DNA of 64,000 nucleotides from Candidatus Eiseniibacteriota bacterium (GTDB lineage Bacteria; Eisenbacteria; RBG-16-71-46): contig CAVZLN010000008.1 of NCBI GenBank assembly GCA_963776245.1, positions 360,353-424,352 of the forward strand, read 5' to 3'. The notes beneath the pieces were generated by a model. The model saw only the letters and a program-made list of their open reading frames with translations. It made no database searches and was not told where the DNA came from. The first letter of the stretch is position 1; each line of letters begins with the position of its first letter. Made by a program: the position numbers and the translations under genes. This document shows, piece after piece, positions 1-12,480 of the stretch.

Positions 1-507
1 CTTGGTGATCCCCGACGCCTCCTCGAACAGGAACCGGCGATGGCCGGAGTTGTCGGAGAGCACGTGGTCCACCATCGAGCGCTCGATCACCGAGTAGGCA
101 TGGCTGCCCATGCCGGTGTCGGAGAACAGGTCGCGGATGTCCTTGAGGCGGCACGGGGCCTTGTTGAGGAAGTACTCGCTCATCCCCGAGCGGAACACGC
201 GGCGCGAGATCGTGACCTCGGAGAACTCCGTCGGCAGGATGCCGCGGTCGTTCTTGAACGTGAGGTGCACCTCGGCCAGATTGAGCGGCTTGCGCGACGG
301 GCACCCGTTGAAGATCACGTCCTCCATCGAGTCGCCGCGCAATTGCTTCGCGCTCTGTTCGCCCATCACCCAGCGGATGGCGTCCGAGACGTTGGTCTTG
401 CCGCAACCATTCGGACCGATGACCCCGGTGATGCCTTCCCCGAAGGACAGCGAGGTCTTGTCGACGAACGACTTGAATCCCTGGAGTTCGAGCCGGTTCA
501 GAAACAT
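1..507 (-). CDS. smc: chromosome segregation protein SMC, N-terminal part (gene continues past window start)
   Basis: Absent from the ORF track because it is truncated. Reverse-strand translation from the ATG at 507-505 reads MFLNRLELQGFKSFVDKTSLSFGEGITGVIGPNGCGKTNVSDAIRWVMGEQSAKQLRG..., the canonical SMC head with Walker A GPNGCGKT. Confidence 0.9.
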   Translation of the reverse strand, partial: MFLNRLELQGFKSFVDKTSLSFGEGITGVIGPNGCGKTNVSDAIRWVMGEQSAKQLRGDSMEDVIFNGCPSRKPLNLAEVHLTFKNDRGILPTEFSEVTISRRVFRSGMSEYFLNKAPCRLKDIRDLFSDTGMGSHAYSVIERSMVDHVLSDNSGHRRFLFEEASGITK

Positions 508-769
508 CCGTGTCCCCTCTCGCGTGCTCCCCGCGGGGAGCCGGACCGCGGGTGCGACCGAGATCGCTCGTTGCCGAGACGTCGGTGTGGTGCGGGTTGC
601 GCGTGCGCTGTCTCAGTGGCGGACCGGAGACCCCCGGCGGGGCCATTCCGCCGTCAAGATGCACAATCCCTGCGTCTTGACGGACCCCCGGGTCCGAGCG
701 TCGGCCGTGCTGCCTGTGACCCGTGAAGTTAGCGGCCGCGCGCGCGGGGGTCAATGACTGGTTGCGCCC

Positions 770-2188
770 TCAGCCCCCGGAGCCCCACGCCTTGCCGAGC
801 GCGGTGGCGGCCATGCCGACCTCGCTCTCGGTGAGCGTGCGCACGTCGAGGCGGAAGCGACGGGCGCGGATGGTGCCGATGACCGCGGGCTCGGCGGCGC
901 GCGCCCGCGCTTCGAGCGCGAAGGCGTCGAGCGCCGGGTGGGCGATCTCGACCACGAAGCCGGGCAGCCGCTGGAGCGGCAGCGCGCCCCCGCCCACCTC
1001 GCCGTCACCCTTCGCCACCTGCGCGGTGAGCCCGGGAACGCGTGCGGCCAGCTCGTGGGCCAGCCGCAGCGCGCGCTCCTCGAGCGCCCCGGGGTCCGCG
1101 CCCAGCATGACCAGCGTGGGGATCTCGCGCAGCGCCCGCGCGGGATCGGCGTAGAGCGGCAGCGTGGCCTCGAGCGCCGCGAGCGCCAGCTTGTCGAGGC
1201 GCAGCGCGCGCGCCATCGGGTCCTTGCGGATACGCTCGACCCACTTGCGCCCTCCCAGGATCAGCCCGGCCTGCGCGCCTCCGAGCACCTTGTCCCCCGA
1301 GAACGTCACCACGTCAGCGCCGGCGGCGAGGCTCTCGGCCACGGTCGGCTCGTGCTCGAGCCCGAACGCGGCGAGATCCACCAGCGCGCCACTGCCGAGG
1401 TCCTCGAGGAACGGGATGCGGTGCCGTCGCGCCAGCTTCGCCAGCTCGCGCGGATCGGGCTGCGCGGTGAAGCCCTGGACGCGGAAATTGCTGCGATGCA
1501 CGCGCAGGATGGCGGCCACTCCCGGGTGCTTCGCCAGCGCGCGCTCGTAGTCGCGCAGGTGCGTGCGGTTGGTGGTGCCCACCTCGACCAGCGTGGCGCC
1601 GCTCTTCTCCATGATGTCGGGGATCCGGAACGAGCCCCCGATCTCCACCAGCTCGCCGCGCGAGACCACGACCTGGCCGCCCGCGGCGAGCGCCGAGAGC
1701 GTCACCAGCAGGGCGCCCGCGCCGTTGTTCATCACCGCCGCGGCCTCGGCGCCGGTGAGACGCGTCAGCCAGCGCTCCACCCCCAGCCCGCGCTCGCCGC
1801 GCCGGCCGGTGGCGAGATCGAATTCGAGGCTGGCGTAGCCCGCGGCGACCTCCGCCACCGCGCGGCGCGCCCGCTCCGAGAGCGGGGCACGGCCGAGATT
1901 GGTGTGGAGCACGATGCCGGTGGCATTGAGCACGCGCCGCAGCAGGGGCCGGGCCTGCGCCCGGGCGTGGGCGGCGGCGAGCGTGGCGAGCGTCGCGGCG
2001 CTCTCGGGCGCCGCGCCCCGGCGAAGCGCCGCGCGCGCGGCGGCGATCACCGCGCGCACCGCCTCCACCACGAGCGGGCGCGGGAGCGCCGTCAGCGCCT
2101 CGGCGAGCGCCTCGTGGCGGAGCACGGTCTCGACCGCGGGCAGGGAACGCAGCGCGGGCGTCGGACGCGAAGCCGGGCGAGGGGTCAA
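770..2188 (-). CDS. selA: L-seryl-tRNA(Sec) selenium transferase
   Basis: 472-aa ORF. NATGIVLHTNLGRAPL and the PLP-lysine context TFSGDKVLGGAQAGLILG are typical of SelA. Confidence 0.9.
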   Translation of the reverse strand: MTPRPASRPTPALRSLPAVETVLRHEALAEALTALPRPLVVEAVRAVIAAARAALRRGAAPESAATLATLAAAHARAQARPLLRRVLNATGIVLHTNLGRAPLSERARRAVAEVAAGYASLEFDLATGRRGERGLGVERWLTRLTGAEAAAVMNNGAGALLVTLSALAAGGQVVVSRGELVEIGGSFRIPDIMEKSGATLVEVGTTNRTHLRDYERALAKHPGVAAILRVHRSNFRVQGFTAQPDPRELAKLARRHRIPFLEDLGSGALVDLAAFGLEHEPTVAESLAAGADVVTFSGDKVLGGAQAGLILGGRKWVERIRKDPMARALRLDKLALAALEATLPLYADPARALREIPTLVMLGADPGALEERALRLAHELAARVPGLTAQVAKGDGEVGGGALPLQRLPGFVVEIAHPALDAFALEARARAAEPAVIGTIRARRFRLDVRTLTESEVGMAATALGKAWGSGG

Positions 2189-2408
2189 GGTCCGCTCCTA
2201 TCGGTGGCTCGGGCGCCGGATCGTGTCCATGGGCCGAGGTTCATAGCAACCCGGCAGAGCTTATGCAAGACGGTGGCGAACCACGGCCCGGTGGCCTCCC
2301 CGGGGTGCACCCGCGCGGACCCCGCAGGGGTTCCCGGAGCGCATCCGGTCCACCCCGCTCAGGGGTGCGGATGGCGGAAGAACCGGCCGATAACGGGACC
2401 TGAGTCCA

Positions 2409-5066
2409 TTGTCGCCCCCGCAGGGGACCCACCTTCCCGGAGGCCCTCATATGCTCCCACGGCAGGGCCATCCCGAGCCCGGACCGGTCTCCACCGCTCC
2501 CGCGGAACCCGCGGGGGGCGAAGGCCGGGGCGCGCCCGCGAGCGTCGCGCCGCGGGAGCGCCCCGACCGCGCGAAGCGCTTCGACTGGATCGGACTGCGG
2601 TCCCGGCTCGCACTGCTCGCGGGCCTCGGCGTCGTGGCGGTCGGGATCGGGAACTACGCCCTGCTCGCCACCCTGACGCGCGAGTGGCTCGACCGCGAAC
2701 TCGAGGTGCGCGGGCGCACGCTCGCGAGCGCGGTCGCGGCGCGCATCGCCACGGCCTCGCTGGCGCGCGACCCCGAAGGGGTCCAGCGCGAGCTGCGCTA
2801 CGCCGCCGGCGAGCCCGACATCCTGGGGGCCGCGTTCCACGCCGCCGATGGCACGCGCATCGCCGAGTCCAGCCGGCGCCCGGCGCTCTGGCGGGCACTG
2901 CCGTGGAGCGCTCCGCCGGCCACGGCGGATCCCGTCACGGTGCGCGCGCTGCACGTGGGGACGGAGCACGGCATCGAGGTGATCGTGCCGTTCAGCGCCG
3001 ATCCCGCGGCGCGGCCGCTCCCGTACGGACAGGTGGGCCCGACGGGGCCGGGAGCGCCGCCCGCATCCCCGGGCACCGTCCCGGCGGGCTGGGTGCGCCT
3101 GCTGGTGTCGCGCGAACGGATCGACGCGGCGATGCGGAGCACGCTGCGGGTCGGGCTGGCGGTGGTGCTCGCGTCGCTGCTCCTCGTCCTGGTGCCGATC
3201 GGGCTGCTGATGCGGCGCATGCTGCGTCCGCTGCGCGAGGCGAGCGTGCTGGCCCACGAGATCGCGGAAGGCCGCCTCGATCGCCGCCTCCAGGCGCGCG
3301 GGAATGACGAGCTCGGCACGCTCGCGCGCTCGATGAATCGGATGGCCGCCGGACTGGTCCAGGCGCGGGCCACCGCGCACGCCGAGGCGTCGGCGCTGAG
3401 GGTCGCGGCCGAGGCGGTGATCGCGATCGCGCGCGAGGCGCGCGTCACCTCGGACCCGCGCACCGTGTTCGACGCGGTGGCGGTGGAGCTGCGCCGGGTG
3501 ACCGGTTGCGCCGGCGTCGCGCTGGTGACGGTGGACCCGGATGCCAGCGCGCCCTTCGTCCAGCAGGTCGACGGCGCGCCGGTCTGGAAGCGGGTGATCA
3601 ACTCCTCGCCCCTCGGCAACGACCTGCGCGCGACCCTCGGCGACCCCGGCGACCGCCCGGCGCGCCTGGTGCTCGGCGGGCGCACCGATGGCATGTCGCG
3701 CGAGCTCGCGCGCGTCGGGATGCTCACCGCGCTCATCGTGCCGCTGCCGCTGGATGATGGGCCACCGTCGGGGCTGCTGATGGTGGCGGAACGGCCGGAC
3801 GCCTTCCCCGCTTCCGAGGTGAACGTCGTCGCCGGCCTCGCCAGCCACCTCTCCTCCGCGCTGCGCGCCTCGCTGTTGCGCGAACGCCTCCAGCGCTCGG
3901 TCGACGATCTCGAGAAGACCCGGGCCCAGCTCCTGCACTCCGAGCGCCTGCGGGTCGCGGGCGAGATGGCGTCCGGCATCGCCCACGACTTCAACAACGT
4001 GCTCGGCGCGATCCAGGGGCGCGCGCAATTGCTGCGGCGCCAGATGACCGCCGGCGCCCTGGACGAGGTCCAGCTCACGCGCTCGCTGGAGATCATCGAG
4101 CAGGCCGCGCGCGACGGCGCGGAGACGGTGAGGCGGCTGCGCCAGTTCGGGCGCCCCGCCGACTCCGCGCGGCTGGAGCGCGTGAGCATCGGGCTCTCGC
4201 TGCGCGAGGCGGTCGAGTACACGCGCACCCGCTGGGAGAACGAGGCGCAGGCCGCGGGGCGCCGCATCGAGGTGGTGCAGGAGATCGATCCCGAGTCGTG
4301 GATCGAGGGACGGGGCACCGAGGTCCGCGAGGTCTTCACCAACCTGATCCTCAACGCCATCGACGCGCTCCCCGACGGGGGCGCGATCCGCGTCGGCTGC
4401 GTGTCCGCCGGCCCGCTGGTGCGTGTCTGGGTGGAGGACGACGGCATCGGCATGCCGGCCGAGGTGCGAGTGCGGATCTTCGATCCGTTCTTCTCCACCA
4501 AGGGCGAACGGGGCACCGGGCTCGGGCTCTCGGTGGTCTTCGGCATCGTCCAGCGCCACGGCGGGACGCTCGACGTGCAGAGCCAGCCCGGGGAGGGGAC
4601 CCGCTTCGAGATGACCTTCCCGCGGGTCGCCCAAGCCGAGGGGACCCCCGAGATCGCCTCCCTGCCGCAGGCTCCGGCGGCCGGGCTCGATGTCCTGATC
4701 GTGGACGACGAGCCGGCGGTCCGCGGGCTGCTGAGCGAGATCCTCGCCCTGCTCGGTCACCGCGTGGTCGAGCGGGCCTCGGCGGAATCGGCGCTCGAGT
4801 TCTTCGAGGGCCGGCGCTTCGACCTGGTGCTGACCGACCTCGGCCTGCCGGGGATGAGCGGCTGGGACCTGGCGCGCCGGCTGCGGGCCGCGGACCCGCG
4901 CGTGACGATCGGATTCGTCACCGGATGGGGCGAGGACGTCTCCCAGGAGAAGGTCGAGGAGGCCGGAGGGAACGGCTTCATCGGCAAGCCCTTCAGCATC
5001 GAGGACGTGGAGAGCCTGACGCGGATGGCCTCCCAGCGCAGCGGGGAGGATCGCGCCGCGGCGTGA
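2409..5066 (+). CDS. hybrid sensor histidine kinase / response regulator (HAMP-GAF-HisKA-HATPase-REC)
   Basis: 885-aa ORF with a TM segment plus HAMP-like region, H-box MASGIAHDFNNVLGAI, N/G boxes NLILNAIDA, DDGIGM and GTGLGLSVV, and a C-terminal receiver (VLIVDDEP...LVLTDLGLPGMSG...GKPF). The start is uncertain (2409 or 2451). Confidence 0.85.
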   Translation: MSPPQGTHLPGGPHMLPRQGHPEPGPVSTAPAEPAGGEGRGAPASVAPRERPDRAKRFDWIGLRSRLALLAGLGVVAVGIGNYALLATLTREWLDRELEVRGRTLASAVAARIATASLARDPEGVQRELRYAAGEPDILGAAFHAADGTRIAESSRRPALWRALPWSAPPATADPVTVRALHVGTEHGIEVIVPFSADPAARPLPYGQVGPTGPGAPPASPGTVPAGWVRLLVSRERIDAAMRSTLRVGLAVVLASLLLVLVPIGLLMRRMLRPLREASVLAHEIAEGRLDRRLQARGNDELGTLARSMNRMAAGLVQARATAHAEASALRVAAEAVIAIAREARVTSDPRTVFDAVAVELRRVTGCAGVALVTVDPDASAPFVQQVDGAPVWKRVINSSPLGNDLRATLGDPGDRPARLVLGGRTDGMSRELARVGMLTALIVPLPLDDGPPSGLLMVAERPDAFPASEVNVVAGLASHLSSALRASLLRERLQRSVDDLEKTRAQLLHSERLRVAGEMASGIAHDFNNVLGAIQGRAQLLRRQMTAGALDEVQLTRSLEIIEQAARDGAETVRRLRQFGRPADSARLERVSIGLSLREAVEYTRTRWENEAQAAGRRIEVVQEIDPESWIEGRGTEVREVFTNLILNAIDALPDGGAIRVGCVSAGPLVRVWVEDDGIGMPAEVRVRIFDPFFSTKGERGTGLGLSVVFGIVQRHGGTLDVQSQPGEGTRFEMTFPRVAQAEGTPEIASLPQAPAAGLDVLIVDDEPAVRGLLSEILALLGHRVVERASAESALEFFEGRRFDLVLTDLGLPGMSGWDLARRLRAADPRVTIGFVTGWGEDVSQEKVEEAGGNGFIGKPFSIEDVESLTRMASQRSGEDRAAA

Positions 5067-5076
5067 GGGGGCGCCT

Positions 5077-5783
<707 letters not shown>

Positions 5784-5787
<4 letters not shown>

Positions 5788-6577
5788 GCCCGGCCCTCCC
5801 CGGCGGCGTGCGAGGGTTCGCCGAGGTAGGCCTCGATGACCCTCGGGTCGGTGCGGATCTGCGCCGGCGTGCCTTCCGCGATCTGGATCCCGTAGTCGAG
5901 CACGGCGATGCGGCGGCAGATGCCCATGACCACGCGCATGTCGTGCTCGATGAGCAGGATGGTGACCTCGAAGCGCGCCTGGATGTCGCCGATCAGGCGC
6001 ATCAGCGAGCCGCTCTCCTGCGGATTCAGCCCCGCCGCGGGCTCGTCGAGCAGCAGCAGCCGGGGCCGGCCCGCGAGCGCGCGCGCGATCTCGAGACGGC
6101 GCTGCTGGCCGTAGGGCAGTTCGGCCGCGAGGGTGTCGCGCCATCCGGTGAGGCCGAGCAGTTCGAGCAGCGCGTCGGCGTCCCGGGTCATCGCGGCCTC
6201 TTCGCGCTCGAACGCCGGGGTGCGGGCGAGGGCGGCCGCCAGCCCGGTGCGCGAGTGGTGGTGCGCGGCGATGAGCACGTTGTCGAGGCAGCTGCGCGAG
6301 GCGAACAGGCGGATGTTCTGGAAGGTGCGGGTGATGCCGCGGCCGGCGATGACGTGCGGGCGCAGGCCCTGGATCGGGCGTCCCTCGAACAGCACCCGCC
6401 CGTGGGTGGGCGCGTACACCCCGGTGATCACGTTGAACACCGTGGTCTTGCCCGCGCCGTTGGGGCCGATCAGTCCCACCAGCTCGCCGCGTCCGATCTG
6501 GAGCGTCAGGTCGCTGCAGGCCTTGAGCCCGCCGAACTTCATGGTGACGTGGTCCAGCTCGAGCAGCACGTCGTGAT

Positions 6578-6581
<4 letters not shown>
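5784..6581 (-). CDS. livG: branched-chain amino acid ABC transporter ATP-binding protein LivG
   Basis: From the ATG at 6581: MNHDVLLELDHVTMKFGGLKACSDL...GPNGAGKTT...LPYGQQRRLEIARALAGRPRLLLLDEPAAGLNP. ATGA overlap with the livM stop. Confidence 0.85.
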
Positions 6582-7642
<1,061 letters not shown>

Positions 7643-7646
7643 CGGC

Positions 7647-8549
7647 TCACACCTTCTCCGCGACGCTGCGCCCGAGGATGCCGGCGGGGCGCACCAGCAG
7701 GATGACGATGAGGAGCACGAAGGCGATGGCGTCGCGGTAGGTCGGCGACACGTAGCCCACCACCAGCACCTCGGCCACCCCCATCACCAGCCCGCCCAGC
7801 ACCGCGCCGGGGAAGTTCCCGATCCCGCCCAGCACGGCGGCGACGAACGCCTTGAGGCCCGGCATGATGCCCATGTACGGCTCGATCTTCGGGTTCTGGA
7901 GGGCGACCAGCACGCCGGCGGCGGCCGCCAGCATCGAGCCGATGAAGAACGTGAAGGTGATGATGCGGTCCACCGAGATGCCCATCAGCGCGGCCGCGGT
8001 CGGGTTCATGGACACCGCCTGCATCGCCTTGCCCACGCGCGTGTGCTGCACCACGGTTCGCAGCGCCACCATCAGGACCACCGACACCACGATGATGATG
8101 AGCTGCTGGTTGGACACCGTGACCCCGCCGCCGAGCGAGAGGTTCGAGGCGCGGATGAGCTGCGGGAAGAACTTCGGGTCGGCGCCGAACACCATGCGCC
8201 CGCCGTTCTCGAGCAGCAGCGACACGCCGATGGCGGTGATGAGCGCCGCGAGCCGCGAGGAGCGGCGCACCGGCTTGTACGCGAAGCGCTCGATGATCAC
8301 GCCGACGATGCCGCAGCCGAGCATCGCCACCAGCAGCACCACCAGCGCGCGGGCGAGGCTCGGGTCGCTCGCGGCGCCGATCCAGCGCGCCGAGTACCAG
8401 CCGATGAACGCCCCGAGCATATAGATGTCGCCGTGGGCGAAGTTGATGAGCCGGAGGATGCCGTACACCATGGTGTAGCCCAGTGCGATCAGGGCGTACA
8501 CGCTTCCCCACGTGATGCCGTTCACCAGCTGCTGGAGGAACTCCGACAC
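7647..8549 (-). CDS. livH: branched-chain amino acid ABC transporter permease LivH
   Basis: 300-aa ORF: MSEFLQQLVNGITWGSVYALIALGYTMVYGILRLINFAHGDIYMLGAF, a LivH-type N-terminus. Confidence 0.85.
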   Translation of the reverse strand: MSEFLQQLVNGITWGSVYALIALGYTMVYGILRLINFAHGDIYMLGAFIGWYSARWIGAASDPSLARALVVLLVAMLGCGIVGVIIERFAYKPVRRSSRLAALITAIGVSLLLENGGRMVFGADPKFFPQLIRASNLSLGGGVTVSNQQLIIIVVSVVLMVALRTVVQHTRVGKAMQAVSMNPTAAALMGISVDRIITFTFFIGSMLAAAAGVLVALQNPKIEPYMGIMPGLKAFVAAVLGGIGNFPGAVLGGLVMGVAEVLVVGYVSPTYRDAIAFVLLIVILLVRPAGILGRSVAEKV

Positions 8550-8556
8550 GCGCGGG

Positions 8557-9775
8557 TCAGGGGTTGACGGTGGTGGCGTACTTCTTCTTCCCCTCCACGA
8601 TCGCGATCACCACGGCCGGCTTGGTCGCGTTGCGCTTGTCGTCGAGGGTGATGTTCCCGGTCACGCCGGGGAAGTTGCGCGTCGCGGCGATCAGGTCGCG
8701 CAGCCGCTTCTGCGCCTCCTTGCGCTGGGGCGTCCCCGCCTTGCTCGAGCCCAGACCCTTGAACAGAGCGGGCTGCTCCTCGGCCAGCTTCCCGATCGCG
8801 CCGAACAGCACGCGCCCCGCGTCGTAGGCCAGCCCGGCGATGGCGTCGGGCTCGGCGCCGAAGCGGGCCTGGTACGCCTTGAGGAAGGACTGCAGCGTGG
8901 GGTCCGGGTTGTCCGCGGCGTAGTGGTTCGAGTAGTAGCACCCGTTCATCGCCTCGCCGCCGATCGAGATGAGCTGCTCGCTCTCCCAGCCGTCGCCGCC
9001 CAGCAGCGGGACGGAGAGGCCGAGCTCGCGGGCCTGGCGCGCGATGAGACCCACGTCGGTGTAGTACCCGGGCACGAAGATGGCCTGCGGCGCCTTGCCC
9101 TTGATGGCGGTGAGCTGGGCGCGGAAGTCCTGATCGCCCGCGCTGTAGGACTGCTCGATCGGCACGCTGCCGCCGCGCTGCTGGAAGGCGGCGGTGAAGA
9201 ACTCGGCCAGCCCCACGCTGTAGTCGTTGCGCACGTCCTTGAGGATCGCGACCCGGGTGAGCTTGAGGTTCTCGGCCGCGAACTTGGCCATCACGGTGCC
9301 CTGGAACGGGTCGATGAAGCACATGCGGAAGATGAAGTCGCCCTTCTCGGTCACCGCCGGATTGGTGGACGACGGCGAGATCATCGGCACGCCCGCCTGC
9401 TGGCAGATGGGGGCCGCGGCGATGCTGCGCGACGAGGCCACCTCGCCGACCACGGCGAGCACGCGGTCCTGGTTCACCAGCTTCTGCACCACGGTCGCCG
9501 CTTCCTCGGGGCGCCCCTGGTCGTCCTCCACCACCAGCCGGACCGGCAGCCCGGCGATCTTCCCCTCGTGCTGAGCCTGGAGCTCGGTGAGCGCCAGTTC
9601 CATGCCGTTCTTGGTGGACTGCCCGAAGGTGGCGTCGTTGCCGGTGAGGGAGCCGTACACGCCGACGACGAGCTCGTCGGACTTCGAGCCGCCGCACCCG
9701 GCGACGGCGAGCGCCAGGGCGAGCAGTCCCGCTCCGGCGAGGATCCGCACGATGCGACTGGTCATGGTCCGCCTC
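8557..9775 (-). CDS. livJ: branched-chain amino acid ABC transporter substrate-binding lipoprotein (LivJ/LivK-like)
   Basis: From the ATG at 9775, preceded by GAGGAGG: MTSRIVRILAGAGLLALALAVAGCGG (lipobox) followed by a Peripla_BP_6-like body. It is the first gene of the liv operon. Confidence 0.8.
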
Positions 9776-10019
9776 CTCAGGTGGTGGCAGCGCCGCGCAC
9801 GGGGGTGAGCCGTGGGGGGCGGAAGGATGGATGGTCGGATGCGATGGATGGAGCCGCGAAGTGGTAGCACGCGCGCGCGCGAAGCGGCAAGGCGAATGAT
9901 TCCCCGGGCACTCCGGGCCCGGGCTCGAACGGGCGGACCCGCGCTCCGCGGAGATCGCTCGCGCGGAAGGGCGAGCGGGTCTTGTGGCCCGCGCGAGGGC
10001 GGTGCTAGGGTGCCCGACC

Positions 10020-12476
10020 ATGAACTCGAGCGCCCGCGCCCGGTCGCGCGGCAGTCTCCGCGGGCGTCTCCTCTCCGCCCTGGTGAGCGCCGGCGCGCTC
10101 GCCGCCCTCGCCGGCTGCGCGCACGTCCCGGCGGGTCCGCCCGCGGGCCCGCCGCGGCCCGCGCCCCCGGTCCCCGCGCGGCCCCATCCCGGCTACGACG
10201 CCCGCCGCGATTCGCTCGACGCGATCGACCTGGCCCCGCTGCGCGGGCGGCGCGTGGTGCTCGACCCGGGCCACGGCGGGCACTTCCCCGGTTCCATGGG
10301 CATGAACGGGCTGACCGAGGCCGCGGTGAATCTCGACGTGGCGCTCGCCCTCCGCCGGTTGCTCGTCGAGCGGGGCGCGTCGGTGCTCCTGACACGCGAG
10401 TCCGACCGCGACTTCCTCACCCCCGCCGACAGCTCATTGCGCGCCGACCTCGCCGACCGCATGGCGCGGGCCAACGCGTGGGCCCCCGACCTGTTCGTCT
10501 CCATCCATCACAACGCCGACGCGCGCGGCGCGCACGACGTGAACGAGATCCAGACCTACTACGCGCTCGCCGACGAAGGGCCCTCCCTGGACGCCGCGCG
10601 CGCCATGCACCGGGCGCTCACGCGCAACCTGTCGATCGCCGCGCACCGCATCGTGCCGGGCAACTACTTCGTGCTGCGCACCAGCGAGGCCCCGGCGATC
10701 CTCACCGAGTCGAGCTATCTGACCAACCCCGACGTCGAGGCACGGCTGGCGGACCCCGGGAAGCGCCGGCTCGAGGCCGAGGCGCTGTTCCTCGGGATCG
10801 CCGCGTACTTCGCGCGCGGGGCGCCGGAGATCGACACCCTGGAGGTGGCACTTTCCCCGCCGGGAACGCCCGCGACAGGGCCCCGGGGGTCCGGCCCGTG
10901 GGTCTCGGCGCGCGTCCGCGGCGCGTTCGACCGGGTCGAGATGAGCGTGGACGGCCGGGCGGTGCCGGCGGTGGTCTCCGGGCGCGCGATCCAGTGGCGC
11001 TCGACGCGACCCTTCGAGTCGGGCCCGCACGTCGCGGCGCTGCGCGTGGGGCTCGCGGGCTCCGGGTGGTCCAGGCTCCGGCGGGCCGCATTCACCGTCC
11101 CCATGAGCGTGGGCCGGCTGTCCGTGGAATTCCCCGAGCAGCCCGAGTGGGATGGCCGCCAGCCGCTCGGGCTGCGCGTGCGCGTGCTCGATCCGGAGGG
11201 GCTGCCGGTGCGCGACTCGCTCCGGCTGCGGATCCGCGACGATGGGACCCGTCTCGCGGCACCGGCCGACACCGTGGTGGAGGTCCGCGACGGTGTCGCC
11301 TGGGCGTACTTCCGGCGCTCCGGTCGCCGGCCCGCGAGCGGCGCCCCCGAGGTGCGCGTCCGGGTGAGCCTGCGGCCGCGGAAGACGAGCGGCGATCCCG
11401 CCGCGCCGGCGCCCCCGCTCATGGGGGCGACCGCGCGGACGCTCCTGCGCGCGCGCGGCCTGGCCCCGCGGCCCGGCGCCGGGCCCCTTCCGCGCACCGG
11501 ATTCGCGCGCGTCGCGCCCTTCGACTCCCTGCTGCGCGGCGCGCCCGGCACGCGCGAGCCCGAGCCCGCGGTGCGCTGGATCAACCGCGACGGCTTCGTG
11601 GCACTGCCGCGGGACACGCTCGGCCGCGCCGCCGTGCCCTCCCTGCGCGGCTACCGGGCGGTGGCGCCCGACACCACCTGGCCGCCGCGCTTCTCCGCCA
11701 TCGCCGGCGGAGCGCTCATCGGGCGCCGCATCGCGCTCGATGCCGAAGGCGGTGGCGATGCCGACGCCGGGACCGGACCGAGCGGCGCGCGCGCCGCCGA
11801 TCTGAACCTCGATGTGGCGCGCGCGCTGTCCGCGTTCCTCGACGCGGCGGGCGCCGAGGTGCTGCTGGTGCGCGAGGGGGACCACGCGCTCGCGGACATC
11901 GAGCGCGTGCGGGCCGCCGAGGCCTTCGGCGCGGAGCGCTACCTGCGCATCGGCCACCGCGCCGGCGTCCCGGTGCTCGGTCACTGGTTCGGCAGCGCCG
12001 CGGGCCGCGACTGGGCGCGGCGCACCGCCGAGTCGCTCGCGGCGCTCGGGCTGAGCGCCCCACCGGTCGCCGAGGAGGCCCAGTACACGCTCCAGCAGGT
12101 CGGCTGCCCGGCGCTGTACGTCTCGGTGGCGCGGGTGGACAGCGCGGCTGACGAGGAGCGCCTGCTGGCGCCCGGCGCGCGGCGCGCCGAGGCCTACGCG
12201 CTGTTCCTCGGGCTGGCCCGCGAGTTCCTGCCGCAGGCGTCGTTCCCCATCGACTCGCTCGAGGTGCGCGACCCCTCCGGCGCCCCGCTGTCCGGCGCGA
12301 GCGTGGTCCTGGGCGGCGCCCTCACCGTGCAGTGCGACCGCACCGGCCGGGTGCGGTTCGCGCGCACCGAGCCCGGGCCGCTCGAGGCCACGGTCATCGA
12401 TCCGCGGCGGGAGGCCCGGTCCATTCTGCTAGACTCCGATCGGGGTGTCGTCCTGACCGGGCCGCCCGCGCGCTGA
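10020..12476 (+). CDS. N-acetylmuramoyl-L-alanine amidase lipoprotein with one canonical and one degenerate Amidase_3 domain
   Basis: Lipobox ALAGC. Domain 1 has LDPGHGG...GLTEAAVNL...FVSIHHNA...ILTESSYLTNPDVE. Domain 2 (about nt 11721-12228) reads LDAEGGG...ADLNL...LRIGHRA...LYVSVARV. Confidence 0.8.
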   Translation: MNSSARARSRGSLRGRLLSALVSAGALAALAGCAHVPAGPPAGPPRPAPPVPARPHPGYDARRDSLDAIDLAPLRGRRVVLDPGHGGHFPGSMGMNGLTEAAVNLDVALALRRLLVERGASVLLTRESDRDFLTPADSSLRADLADRMARANAWAPDLFVSIHHNADARGAHDVNEIQTYYALADEGPSLDAARAMHRALTRNLSIAAHRIVPGNYFVLRTSEAPAILTESSYLTNPDVEARLADPGKRRLEAEALFLGIAAYFARGAPEIDTLEVALSPPGTPATGPRGSGPWVSARVRGAFDRVEMSVDGRAVPAVVSGRAIQWRSTRPFESGPHVAALRVGLAGSGWSRLRRAAFTVPMSVGRLSVEFPEQPEWDGRQPLGLRVRVLDPEGLPVRDSLRLRIRDDGTRLAAPADTVVEVRDGVAWAYFRRSGRRPASGAPEVRVRVSLRPRKTSGDPAAPAPPLMGATARTLLRARGLAPRPGAGPLPRTGFARVAPFDSLLRGAPGTREPEPAVRWINRDGFVALPRDTLGRAAVPSLRGYRAVAPDTTWPPRFSAIAGGALIGRRIALDAEGGGDADAGTGPSGARAADLNLDVARALSAFLDAAGAEVLLVREGDHALADIERVRAAEAFGAERYLRIGHRAGVPVLGHWFGSAAGRDWARRTAESLAALGLSAPPVAEEAQYTLQQVGCPALYVSVARVDSAADEERLLAPGARRAEAYALFLGLAREFLPQASFPIDSLEVRDPSGAPLSGASVVLGGALTVQCDRTGRVRFARTEPGPLEATVIDPRREARSILLDSDRGVVLTGPPAR

Positions 12477-12480
12477 GCGC

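Noticed and set aside
653-681. 7-bp inverted repeat GTCAAGA-N15-TCTTGAC in the smc upstream region.
   Set aside because: The arms are short, there is no second copy in the window and no associated regulator gene. Significance cannot be argued from this window alone.
938-3307. Very long ORFs antisense to or overlapping real genes. Examples are 938-3307(+), 2241-4760(-), 9812-12151(+), 13542-15383(+), 26702-29416(-), 44473-46509(-) and 46694-48316(+).
   Set aside because: Their products are Arg/Ala/Gly/Pro-rich low-complexity strings with no recognisable motifs. They lie opposite or out of frame to genes with clear homology. At about 72% GC, stop codons are rare in all frames, so such ORFs are expected artefacts.
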